64,000 nt of DNA from an uncultured Porphyromonadaceae bacterium (GTDB lineage Bacteria > Bacteroidota > Bacteroidia > Bacteroidales > UBA12481): positions 23,663 through 87,662 of the forward strand of contig CAYXJR010000001.1 of NCBI GenBank assembly GCA_964465145.1, read 5' to 3'. The notes below the pieces were generated by a model. The model did no database searches. It saw only the letters and a program-made list of their open reading frames with translations, and was not told the origin of the DNA. Both the position numbers and the translations under genes were made by a program. Below are positions 34,101 through 41,057 of this stretch, piece by piece. Each line of letters opens with the position of its first letter. The stretch's first letter is position 1.

Positions 34101-34320
34101 TCCCTCTTTCGAACAGTGATTTCACCCATGCAGGATCCAGTTTTTTATCCGCAGGAATATATTTAAGATATTCGTTTTCATCGAAAGGCCCTGCAAAAAC
34201 AGGCATTCCCGGAACCATCATTAATGAGGCTCCTATAGCAGAGGTTTTCAGAAATTCCCGACGGTTGATATTGTTTTTGTCGCTATTACACGAGCAGCTT
34301 TTGTCTTTGCAGTTTTCCAT
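31126..34320 (-). CDS. GH116-family glycoside hydrolase with Tat signal and inserted lectin-like domain
   Basis: NRREFLK Tat motif, IGMPVGG..G, AFSPFIP, WAWEG..CC.GTCTHVWHYAQ, NTLD, YNEIECSDHYARAMAS. Confidence 0.85.
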   Translation of the reverse strand: MENCKDKSCSCNSDKNNINRREFLKTSAIGASLMMVPGMPVFAGPFDENEYLKYIPADKKLDPAWVKSLFERGKKETYSDPEALKHIGMPVGGLFAGTVYLSGDGQLWLWDIFNRDQEGIQPREVELGGSLVNTRSGANFIEPAKIQSPFKQGFELIIGDKVRPINQKGFKNIEFDGRYPMARIKFSDPDCPVEVELEAFSPFIPLNADESSLPATVMSYKVINKSDKIVECSIRGYTQNPVCIDSAADQPGRRQNRVVGNKMLTSLLCEALPAPVEKSKARKDILFEDFESESYGEWKTTGKSFGEGPILKSDIPDYQGNVGGEGNRVVNSHASASGSEVGEKDQQTGTLTSPVFKIEREYINFYVGGGANKEKTCVNLLIDGEIKATITGKNSNAMKLEGIKVRQWEGQNAQLEIVDNFSEGWGNIGVDHFVFSDNPPESKPISELRDFGTFCLSVLEGKNTEASADIKSTGKKKAIRNLLSDILIGQIAINTNLEPGQDKNVDFAFTWHFPNFYGRDFGGVKVGHSYAARFDSALEVAGYIASNQDSLLGATRTWVKTWYDSSLPYWLLDRSMANTSTLATTTCYRHENGRFWAWEGIGCCTGTCTHVWHYAQAVGRLFPEIERDQRERVDFGMALKENGEIGYRALLETSMGPAFDGQCGRILGAYREHLMSADDSFLKRNWTAIKKSLLYMIDQDADLDGILEGSQPNTLDASWYGKISFISSLYISALRAGEKMATEMEDFKFAGECSSIAEKGAGNMNELFNGEFFIQLEDPEHKDVIGVGAGCYIDQIFGQSWAHWVGLGSIFDREKQLSALRSLWRYNFVPDVGPFRRHFKAGRWYAMAGDGGLLMCTWPKGGKRDKWEDQWQFMYFNECMSGFEWQAASHMVYEGIDNPDILQNGLAVSRAIHDRYNAQLRNPYNEIECSDHYARAMASYGVFQAVCGFNYHGPKGMIEFDPRLTPEDFRAPFVTAEGWGSYSQKKDQNRFKYQIDLNHGQLNLSEIVLRIPNGFSSDQIKLFHQEKLRPVKVSSVDGSKIRLGFSELKIEAGEKLKVEIVSEL

Positions 34321-34400
34321 GGCGATCAGGGCTGGTTTGAGATATCTAAAATACTTATTTATTTACTTTAACGAGCCAATCCCCCTAGCCCCCTTTCCCT

Positions 34401-34438
34401 CTTCACGCAATCTTCACAAAAATATATCATTCCTTCAC
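34401..34438. promoter_or_regulatory. Possible response-regulator binding direct repeats
   Basis: CTTCAC at 34401, 34412 and 34433 (11- and 21-bp spacing), next to two-component remnants. Confidence 0.35.
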
Positions 34439-34489
34439 ATTAGAGTGCTTGCGTATTACGATATTTGGATCAGTCTAAACTACTGAGTC

Positions 34490-35022
34490 GTGATTATCGA
34501 ACCAAAAATAGAAATGGAAACGAGCCTGCTAAGGAGTATGCTCATCAACGGATCTTTACACACGCAGGTCGGTAATGAGCTGGCCATTGTACCAGACTAT
34601 CTTGATTTGGAGAGAATCAGGATGGACGGGAAATTTTCCTATTATATCTCAGTTCCTAAATCCTTGAGGACCTTGTGCCTGTATTCCAAAGGCGCATCGC
34701 CGACGATGCTTTTGAACTTCAGCTGGAGATTGAAAAGCCCATACCGCAGATGATGCTAGACAAGGATGCTATGCTTCAGGTGTTTTTTAATCTGTTGGAT
34801 AATGCGTATAAATATTCGGGGCGGTCCAAAAGAATTAATGTCAAGATTTACCTCCCACCAGTCACCAGTCACTTGTCACTATTGCAATTCGTGATTATGG
34901 TATTGGAATTAGTGAGAAAGACAGGACGAGAATTTTTGAGCGCTTTTTCAGGGGCGACAGGCTCAGGACGGCGGGGATCAATAATTACAGTGATTTTACC
35001 GGAAAAAACCAATATATCATGA
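34490..35022 (+). pseudogene. Mosaic of histidine kinase fragments (LytS-type segment plus HATPase segment)
   Basis: ELAIVPDYLDLERIRMDGKFSYYISV (LytS-like), then DKDAMLQVFFNLLDNAYKYS and a frameshifted DYGIGI..ERFF. Confidence 0.65.
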
Positions 35023-35330
35023 CCAGAATTCTGATAATCGAAGACGACAAGGCCATCAGGATGGGTCTTGAAGATGATCTTAAGGCAGATGGATATGAGG
35101 TGGAATTTGCTTTTGACGGGCTGGAAGGCCTGAAAAAAGCACAAGAAGCGGGCTACGGCCTGATCCTGCTCGACCTGATGCTGCCGGGAATGGATGGGCT
35201 GGATGTGTGTAAGGAAATCAGGAGAAAAAATATTCCTACTCCAATCATTATGTTAACCGCTAAAAGTCAGGATTTTGATAAAGTTATAGGATTAGACTAT
35301 CCGGAATTAGCGATGATTCTTCCATATTGA
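35019..35330 (+). pseudogene. Truncated OmpR-type response regulator (receiver only)
   Basis: RILIIEDD..LLDLMLPGMDG..MLTAK..DKVIGL, then abruptly joined to inverted ORF6N sequence at about 35297. Confidence 0.8.
35284..35325 (-). pseudogene. 5' stub of a second ORF6N-family gene
   Basis: TCAATAATCAAT-ATG MEESSLIPD matches TCGATAATCAAT-ATG MGKSSLIPE at 41038 and is preceded by the same upstream motif. Confidence 0.7.
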
Positions 35331-35344
35331 TTATTGATCTTTCT

Positions 35345-35378
35345 TATATAGACGCAGAAAAGGGCTGGAAATGGAAAA
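35345..35378 (-). promoter_or_regulatory. Shared bipartite motif copy 1 (putative alternative-sigma promoter)
   Basis: Plus strand TATATAGACGC-N13-AAATGGAAAA, 19 nt upstream of the ORF6N stub ATG. Confidence 0.65.
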
Positions 35379-35390
35379 CCGCGCATGTAA

Positions 35391-35416
35391 TAGACCTGTC
35401 AGGTTTTCAAAGACCT
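35391..35416. repeat. REP-like element (degenerate right arm)
   Basis: TAGACCTGTCAGGTTTTCAAAGACCT; same family as 36225 and 38442. Confidence 0.65.
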
Positions 35417-35437
35417 CCGGTTTTATACAAAAAAAGG

Positions 35438-35454
35438 TATCACAAATTGTGATA
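35438..35454. promoter_or_regulatory. ORF6N-type palindrome, intergenic copy
   Basis: TATCACAA-A-TTGTGATA, identical to 40819-40835 inside the ORF6N gene. Confidence 0.6.
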
Positions 35455-35486
35455 GCAAGGAATTTATTGAATCAGTGATTCAATTT

Positions 35487-35858
35487 CTACTTCAACTCAT
35501 ATGCTCCAACCAAAGACCGGGCTGGAATACCCAGTCGCTCCGATAAATTCCTTATCATTTCCAAGGTTAACCGTCTTTTGCGGCTAAGCACTTCAGAAGC
35601 ACGGTTTTTTCCACCAAAAGCATCGGCTAAATCCACTTGTTTGAGGCTCATCTCCTCCATCCTGATCTTTATCATTTCAATTGGATCCGGGGGGTCAATT
35701 GGATAATGGCGATTCTCATAATCCTCAACCAGCAGGGCTAATACTTCAGCCTCATCACCTTCTTCTGTTCCGACAGGAGCATCAAATAATTCATACAGGC
35801 GATCCAAGGCAATCTGGTACTCTGCTTCTGTTTTTAATATCTTAAATTTCTGTCCCAT
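35487..35858 (-). CDS. higA: HigA-family antitoxin (HTH)
   Basis: KTEAEYQIAL..E..VLALLVEDYE..YPI.PPDPIE.IK.RME..LKQ.DL..SEVL..KR.LTLEMIR.L. Confidence 0.9.
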   Translation of the reverse strand: MGQKFKILKTEAEYQIALDRLYELFDAPVGTEEGDEAEVLALLVEDYENRHYPIDPPDPIEMIKIRMEEMSLKQVDLADAFGGKNRASEVLSRKRRLTLEMIRNLSERLGIPARSLVGAYELK

Positions 35859-35863
35859 AAGAT

Positions 35864-36160
35864 TCAAATAGTATTAGCATCAATCTTGTCATACTCTTCA
35901 TGGGTACCAATAAACCGGATAAATACCCATTGCCTTTCATAATTAATCTTCACAACAAGCCGAAAAGAATTTCCTTTTATGTTAAATACCGCTCTTCCAT
36001 TTTTCAATAAGCTTACCCCAGCAAATGTCTGCCTAACATCATTTGGTTTTGTCCAACCTGAAGCCATTGTATATGAGTACCAGGTTTTCAAATATTGCTC
36101 TGCTTCAGGGCATTCTCTCCAAAATTTCAATAATGTCCCTTTAGTAAAAATCCCTTTCAC
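35864..36160 (-). CDS. higB: HigB-family toxin (RelE-like mRNase)
   Basis: TL.KFW..P.AE..L.TWY..W..P.DV, RAVFNIKGN.FRLVVKINY..VFIRFIGTHEEYDKIDA. Probable GTG start at 36160. Confidence 0.9.
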   Translation of the reverse strand: MKGIFTKGTLLKFWRECPEAEQYLKTWYSYTMASGWTKPNDVRQTFAGVSLLKNGRAVFNIKGNSFRLVVKINYERQWVFIRFIGTHEEYDKIDANTI

Positions 36161-36172
36161 GATTTGGCATTT

Positions 36173-36204
36173 CAAAATTAATAAATAATTCCCATTTTGG
36201 GAAT
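36173..36204 (-). promoter_or_regulatory. higBA promoter (-7 TAATTTTG) and palindromic operator
   Basis: TAnnTTTG at 36173-36180 (minus strand); ATTCCCA-TTT-TGGGAAT at 36188-36204. Confidence 0.6.
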
Positions 36205-36224
36205 ATTTCTGTTTTAATTACTAA

Positions 36225-36261
36225 TAGACCTGTCAGGTCTTTCAGAAACCTGACAGGTCTA
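36225..36261. repeat. REP-like hairpin overlapping the DUF1016 stop
   Basis: TAGACCTGTCAGG-TCTTTCAGAAA-CCTGACAGGTCTA; supplies the terminal codons LDLSGF*. Confidence 0.8.
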
Positions 36262-37267
36262 ACCCACCTAGCCCCCTCTCAATCTGCTCAACCGATGGTA
36301 GTGACTTTTCATAATACTCGGGCAATTCTGGGCCAGTGCTGTAGCTGGCGATACCAATGGGATTTTTTGTGTTTTTGAGGGAATATTCAACTGTCAACCG
36401 GCTTTTGTTTTTACAAATAATGATTCCAATGGCTTCTTTTTCATGTGGCTTACGATAGAAATCATTCAGAACATTTAGATAAAATTCCATTTTCCCTTTA
36501 TATTCAGGTTTGTAATTACCTGTTTTTAGTTCAATAGCAACCAAGCATTGCAGATCCCTGTGAAATAAAAGAAGATCAATATAGAATTCCTCACTTCCCA
36601 AAGTGATTCTAAATTGACTCCCCATATAACTATAATCCCCACCGAACTCCAACAAAAATTGCTGCATGTTCCGTATTAGACCTTCTTCAAGCTCTCTTTC
36701 ACTATGTTTCTCTGATAATTCAAGAAAATCAAAAGTGTAATGATCTTTTACTGCCAGAGTTTTCTGATGCTGAAACTTATCAGCAAGCAAATCATCATAA
36801 TTAGTTTGGTTTAACAAATACTTCTCATAAGTTTTATTGTCAATCTGATGTTCAAGAACCCTTGTTGTCCAACCAAATTTTTGTGTTGCAACAATATAGA
36901 ATTGTCTTTCTTGGGGTGTTTTGCATTTTGTGAAAATTCTGATATTGTGTGTCCAACCAATTTCTCCAATCAATGATTGGAGATTTATATGTTGCTCATA
37001 TTCAATATAAAACTGAACCATCAGCCAGATATTTGTTGTTGAAAAACCTCTTTGTTCAGGGAATTCTGTGGAGAGATCTTTGGTAATAGTTTCCACTACA
37101 GATTTTCCCCACCCCAACTCCTTCTGCTTCTCGGATATCATCTTCCCAATATCCCAATAAAGCCCTACTAATTCTTTATTTACAGCTTTCAGGGCAGCAT
37201 ACTGTGCATTGCGGATCCGTTCCTTGACTGATCCTATAAAGTCTTTGTATTCTTTTGGTGCATCCAT
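36242..37267 (-). CDS. yhcG: DUF1016/YhcG-family PD-(D/E)XK nuclease-domain protein (copy 1, intact)
   Basis: VNKELVGLYWDIG..WGKSVV..GFS..N, GWTH, KDHYTFDFL, YIDLLLFH..LVAIELK, GKMEFYL, IGIIICK. Confidence 0.92.
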   Translation of the reverse strand: MDAPKEYKDFIGSVKERIRNAQYAALKAVNKELVGLYWDIGKMISEKQKELGWGKSVVETITKDLSTEFPEQRGFSTTNIWLMVQFYIEYEQHINLQSLIGEIGWTHNIRIFTKCKTPQERQFYIVATQKFGWTTRVLEHQIDNKTYEKYLLNQTNYDDLLADKFQHQKTLAVKDHYTFDFLELSEKHSERELEEGLIRNMQQFLLEFGGDYSYMGSQFRITLGSEEFYIDLLLFHRDLQCLVAIELKTGNYKPEYKGKMEFYLNVLNDFYRKPHEKEAIGIIICKNKSRLTVEYSLKNTKNPIGIASYSTGPELPEYYEKSLPSVEQIERGLGGLDLSGF

Positions 37268-37283
37268 AAATAGTAGTTTTATT

Positions 37284-37317
37284 TATATAGATGCGAATGA
37301 GGGCCGGAAATGGAAAA
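37284..37317 (-). promoter_or_regulatory. Shared bipartite motif copy 2
   Basis: TATATAGATGC-N13-AAATGGAAAA, 16 nt upstream of ATG 37267. Confidence 0.7.
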
Positions 37318-37330
37318 TAGCGCAACTTAA

Positions 37331-37351
37331 CATATCACATTTTGTGATATG
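37331..37351. promoter_or_regulatory. ORF6N-type palindrome variant
   Basis: CATATCACA-TTT-TGTGATATG, overlapping the stop of DUF1016 copy 2 and just upstream of motif copy 2. Confidence 0.55.
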
Positions 37352-38377
37352 CACCCAATTCTCCAGCCAGTTCCTTTTCTATTTCTTCAATTGTCGGAAG
37401 ATTTGGTTTCAGCTTGTCGGGTATTACTGTACTCAGTTCATACTCAGCAATACCAATCGGTTGTGACATTCCCCTTAGAGCATACTCGGCAATTATCTTA
37501 GACTTAGATTTACAAATTAACAATCCGATGGTTGGATTATCATTTTCTGTTCTGATGGAATCATCAACAGCAGAAAGATAAAGGTTCATCTTGCCTGCAA
37601 ATTCCGCCTTGAATTCCTTGGTTTTGAGTTCTATGACTACATAGCATTTTAATCTGATGTGGTAGAAAAGCAAATCAAGATAAAAATCCTTATTGTCAAT
37701 CTTTAGAATTACTTGCCGACCTACAAATGAGAATCCAGAACCCAATTCCAGAAGAAATGAAGTAATGTGGTTAATCAGTTGCTTCTCCAGGTCCTTTTCA
37801 AGAGCCTTATCCTGAAGACTGAGAAAATCAAATATATACGGGTCTTTAAAAGATTCATTAGCCAATTCCGAATGAGGCATAGACATTGTATGCTCAAAAT
37901 TTGTAACCGCTTTACCCTGTCTTAAAAAAAGGCCAGACTCAAATTGATGGATCAGGATTGAGCGAGACCAATTGTTTTCAATGGTTCTTTGACAATAAAA
38001 AAAGCCTCTCTAGCTGATTTAGACTTAGTTACAATAATAACGTTATGGCCCCATGGAATTTGTCCAACAAGTTGTTGGATTTTTTCGGGTTCGATGCGAG
38101 AGGATGAGAAAAACTCGTACCATTTCTTCATAGAGAAGAGGTTTGATCGGGAAAATCCTTTTTGATCCGGGAATTCCACCTTGAGGTCATTGGAGAGTTT
38201 CTCAACTACAGCTGAACCCCAATTTGATTTCGATATTTTAATAGAAATCGATTCCCCAATATCCCAATACAAAAACAGCAGCTCCCTGTTAATATTAGTA
38301 AAAGCTCTAATATGCGCTGTCCTAATTCTCCGTTTTAGTTCAACCAACCATTCTTTGTATTCTTTTGGTGCATCCAT
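37335..38377 (-). pseudogene. yhcG: DUF1016/YhcG copy 2, -1 frameshift in a T7 run
   Basis: One extra T at 37997-38003 gives EAFFYCQRTIENNWSRSILIHQFESGL..NF..ELA..KDPYIFDFL, continuous with the 37335-37886 ORF. Confidence 0.85.
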
Positions 38378-38394
38378 AAATTGTAGGTTTTATT

Positions 38395-38428
38395 TATATA
38401 GATGCAGATCAGGAGCCAAAATGGAAAA
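38395..38428 (-). promoter_or_regulatory. Shared bipartite motif copy 3
   Basis: TATATAGATGC-N13-AAATGGAAAA, 17 nt upstream of ATG 38377. Confidence 0.7.
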
Positions 38429-38441
38429 TCGCGTAGGTGCC

Positions 38442-38475
38442 AGACCTGTCAGGTTTTCAAAGGCCTGACAGGTCT
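38442..38475. repeat. REP-like hairpin
   Basis: AGACCTGTCAGG-TTTTCAAAGG-CCTGACAGGTCT. Confidence 0.8.
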
Positions 38476-38594
38476 AGCCTTCCATTCAAGGTTGTCGCAA
38501 ATTGCTACCAGTCTAGGCGAGGCAAGTTAACTGGAAATAAAAGAAAGCTTAATCAAAGATATACGTGTGATGACAAATGAATTGCGGGTCGGCC

Positions 38595-38798
38595 AAAACA
38601 GAACAGCGGGCCGGCGGGGGCTTTTGAGCGAAGCGAAATCCCGAGAGCGCAGCGAATCGGGAGTGGGTGGAAGCTTTGTTCTGTTTTTGATTTTTGGGCC
38701 ACCTTTTTCATCAAGGAAAAAGGTGGAAAGAATAAAAGGATTGGACTAAAGTCCAGGCCATTAGGCTAGACTGTAGGGCCAGTAGATAAATCTAGTGG
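38595..38798. repeat. Multi-hairpin non-coding element / REP cluster
   Basis: AAAACAGAACA (38595) pairs with TGTTCTGTTTT (38677), with inner TCCCGA/TCGGGA. CCACCTTTTTC-ATCAAG-GAAAAAGGTGG at 38699-38726, TGGAC-TAAA-GTCCA, and CCAGTAGAT-AA-ATCTAGTGG. Confidence 0.55.
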
Positions 38799-38801
38799 TA
38801 A

Positions 38802-39316
38802 CTATAATATGCTCCTTAGCTCTCTTTCACTGTGCTTTTCAGATAAACCAAGAAAATCGAAGGTGTAATGATCCTTGATAGCCAGGGTATTCTGATGCTG
38901 AAACTTATCAGCAGGCAAATCATCATAATTGGTTTGGTTGAGCAAATACTTTTCGTAGGTTTTGTTTTCGATTTGGTGCTCCAATACTCTTGTTGTCCAA
39001 CCAAATTCTCTAGTGGCAGTTATATAAAATTTGCGCTGTGATTTGTTTTCACACTTTTTAAGAATCATAATATTATGACTCCATCCAATTTCTGGAATCA
39101 ATGATTCCAGAAATATAACTCCCTGATATTCATTATATAATCGAACCATTAGCCATAGATTATAAGCTGAAAATCCATGTTCTAATGGGAACTCATGTTT
39201 TAAATCCCTGGAAAGATTTTCAACAACAGATTTTCCCCATCCCAACTCCTTTTGCTTATCCGAAATCATTTTCCCAATATCCCAATAAAGTCTTTGTATT
39301 CTTTCGGTGCATCAAT
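38802..39316 (-). pseudogene. yhcG: DUF1016/YhcG copy 3: start codon lost, internal deletion, nuclease domain missing
   Basis: ATG>ATT at 39316 (IDAPKEYKD), a 79-bp deletion relative to copy 1, and homology ending after HSEREL. Confidence 0.85.
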
Positions 39317-39332
39317 AAATAGTAGTTTTAAT

Positions 39333-39366
39333 AATATAGATGCAGAAATGGCCTTGAAATGGAAAA
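39333..39366 (-). promoter_or_regulatory. Shared bipartite motif copy 4
   Basis: AATATAGATGC-N13-AAATGGAAAA, 16 nt upstream of the mutated start. Confidence 0.7.
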
Positions 39367-39381
39367 TGCTTTTTTGGAAAA

Positions 39382-39412
39382 GCCAGGGGTCGGACCGAAG
39401 CCGACCCCTGGC
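39382..39412. repeat. GC-rich hairpin (REP-like or terminator)
   Basis: GCCAGGGGTCGG-ACCGAAG-CCGACCCCTGGC. Confidence 0.65.
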
Positions 39413-39416
39413 AAGT

Positions 39417-40460
39417 TTAATCCCTATTCCCTAATTCCCCAATAATATCCATCATCACCAGTACATTCTCCAGCGGGGTTTCGGGGAGGATATAGTCATG
39501 GGAGGCGCCGGCGATGAATCCCCCGCCGGGCTTCATGATCCGGATGGTTTCAATCGTTTTCTGTCTGACTTGTTCAGGCGTGCCTTCGATAAGGACCTTT
39601 TGTGAGTCAATGCAGCCATTGAAAACAATCTCTTTGCCGTATTTCTTTTTGAGGGTAGCCAGGTCCATCCCCCTGCAAGAAGGCTGGATGGCATGAAGGC
39701 CGTCGATACCGCATTCTATCAGGGCGGGGATCAGCTCTGCAAAACCCCCGCAGCAGTGAAGCATTATCTTCGATTCATATGAATGGGCCAGGCATGCCAG
39801 CTTTTTGAATTTCGGGAATAAGTATTCCCTGAAAAGATCTTCCCCTATCAGCGCACCCTGGTTTGAACCGAGGTCATTCCCGAAAAACAATATATCGATA
39901 AGGTCGCCCGCTTCAGCGAAAATCCTCTCATTGGCAGCAAAATAGAAATCGAAAACCTTATCCATCAGAGTATGCACCCATTTTGGATCGGTGTACATCC
40001 GAGTCAAAAGATTCTCCATCCCTGCCAGGTCGATCGCATCATGCCAGAAAGGCGACCAGTCGCCACCCAGTATCGCGTACTCATTGGCATAGGGGGTAAT
40101 TCCTTTTCGTAGATTACTGACATCAACCTTAGCAGGGTCGGGCCAGGGATAGGCTGTGATCCCGTCCAAACCTGCTTCGGACAGAGGATGGTTAAGCGCC
40201 ATGCCAACTCCCACTCCAGCCCGTAAAATACCAAATGGAGATACTGATGAATCACCGAAAGTCGCAGTACCGATATGATCAATAAAAGGTGCCTTAATCC
40301 AGCGAAAATCATCACCCAGGCGCTGCCTGAAGCCCTCATCATCCAATCCCAGCTGCTTTTTACCTGCTTCCCAGAACTCAGGCGAAGTACCGCACCAGCG
40401 TGGCACCCGGTCAGGTTCGATAAAATCAAAGGAAATTAATACCCGTTCTTTGGAGGTCAT
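39417..40460 (-). CDS. Uroporphyrinogen-decarboxylase-family protein
   Basis: MTSKERV..EPDRVP, YPWPDP, GNDLGSN, MLHCCG, FNGCIDSQ, GGGFIAGASH..ETPLEN. Confidence 0.85.
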   Translation of the reverse strand: MTSKERVLISFDFIEPDRVPRWCGTSPEFWEAGKKQLGLDDEGFRQRLGDDFRWIKAPFIDHIGTATFGDSSVSPFGILRAGVGVGMALNHPLSEAGLDGITAYPWPDPAKVDVSNLRKGITPYANEYAILGGDWSPFWHDAIDLAGMENLLTRMYTDPKWVHTLMDKVFDFYFAANERIFAEAGDLIDILFFGNDLGSNQGALIGEDLFREYLFPKFKKLACLAHSYESKIMLHCCGGFAELIPALIECGIDGLHAIQPSCRGMDLATLKKKYGKEIVFNGCIDSQKVLIEGTPEQVRQKTIETIRIMKPGGGFIAGASHDYILPETPLENVLVMMDIIGELGNRD

Positions 40461-40516
40461 GATAACTGGTAAAATAGAATCACCCAAATTTATTCAGATT
40501 TCAGCCCTTTTCAAAT

Positions 40517-41038
40517 CTATTTTTCCTTGTTGATTTTATATCCTATCATTCTTCTTGGCTCATTTTTCTTTCCCAGTAGTCGCTTGATAGTTTCAAAAAC
40601 AAACCTGAACTTTCCATCATAATTTCTTTCCAATTCCTCAATTTTCCTTCTCAGCTGAGCATTGGATTCCATCATTTTCCTGAGCTTGACAAATGTCCTC
40701 ATAATCGCAATATTTACTTCAATTGCTTTAGGAGATCTGAGTACAGATGATAACATAGCAACTCCTTGTTCAGTGAACGCAAATGGAGGAGAAGGTGAAA
40801 ATTTAAGATCCTTTAGCTTATCACAAATTGTGATAAGCTCTTGCCACTCCTTTTTGCCTAACCGAATTAAAAAGTCATCGGGAAACCTTTCGATATTCCT
40901 GCGGACTTGCTGTTTTAATACTCTGGTTTCAAGACCATAAAGCTGCGCAAGATGAAAATCCAAAATAACTTTCCGGCCCCGGATTAGGAGTATGGCCCTG
41001 TCAATTTGTTCTTCTGGGATTAATGATGATTTTCCCAT
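40517..41038 (-). CDS. ORF6N-domain DNA-binding protein
   Basis: ILLIRGRKVILDFHLAQLYG.ETRVLKQQVRRNIERFP.DF, PFAFTEQGVAMLSSVLRS..AIEVNIAIMRTFV, RRMIGY. Confidence 0.92.
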   Translation of the reverse strand: MGKSSLIPEEQIDRAILLIRGRKVILDFHLAQLYGLETRVLKQQVRRNIERFPDDFLIRLGKKEWQELITICDKLKDLKFSPSPPFAFTEQGVAMLSSVLRSPKAIEVNIAIMRTFVKLRKMMESNAQLRRKIEELERNYDGKFRFVFETIKRLLGKKNEPRRMIGYKINKEK

Positions 41039-41057
41039 ATTGATTATCGATATTTAT

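Noticed and set aside
39065-39078. Second palindrome TCATAATATTATGA in DUF1016 copy 3
   Set aside because: AT-rich and not symmetric in copies 1 and 2; likely chance.
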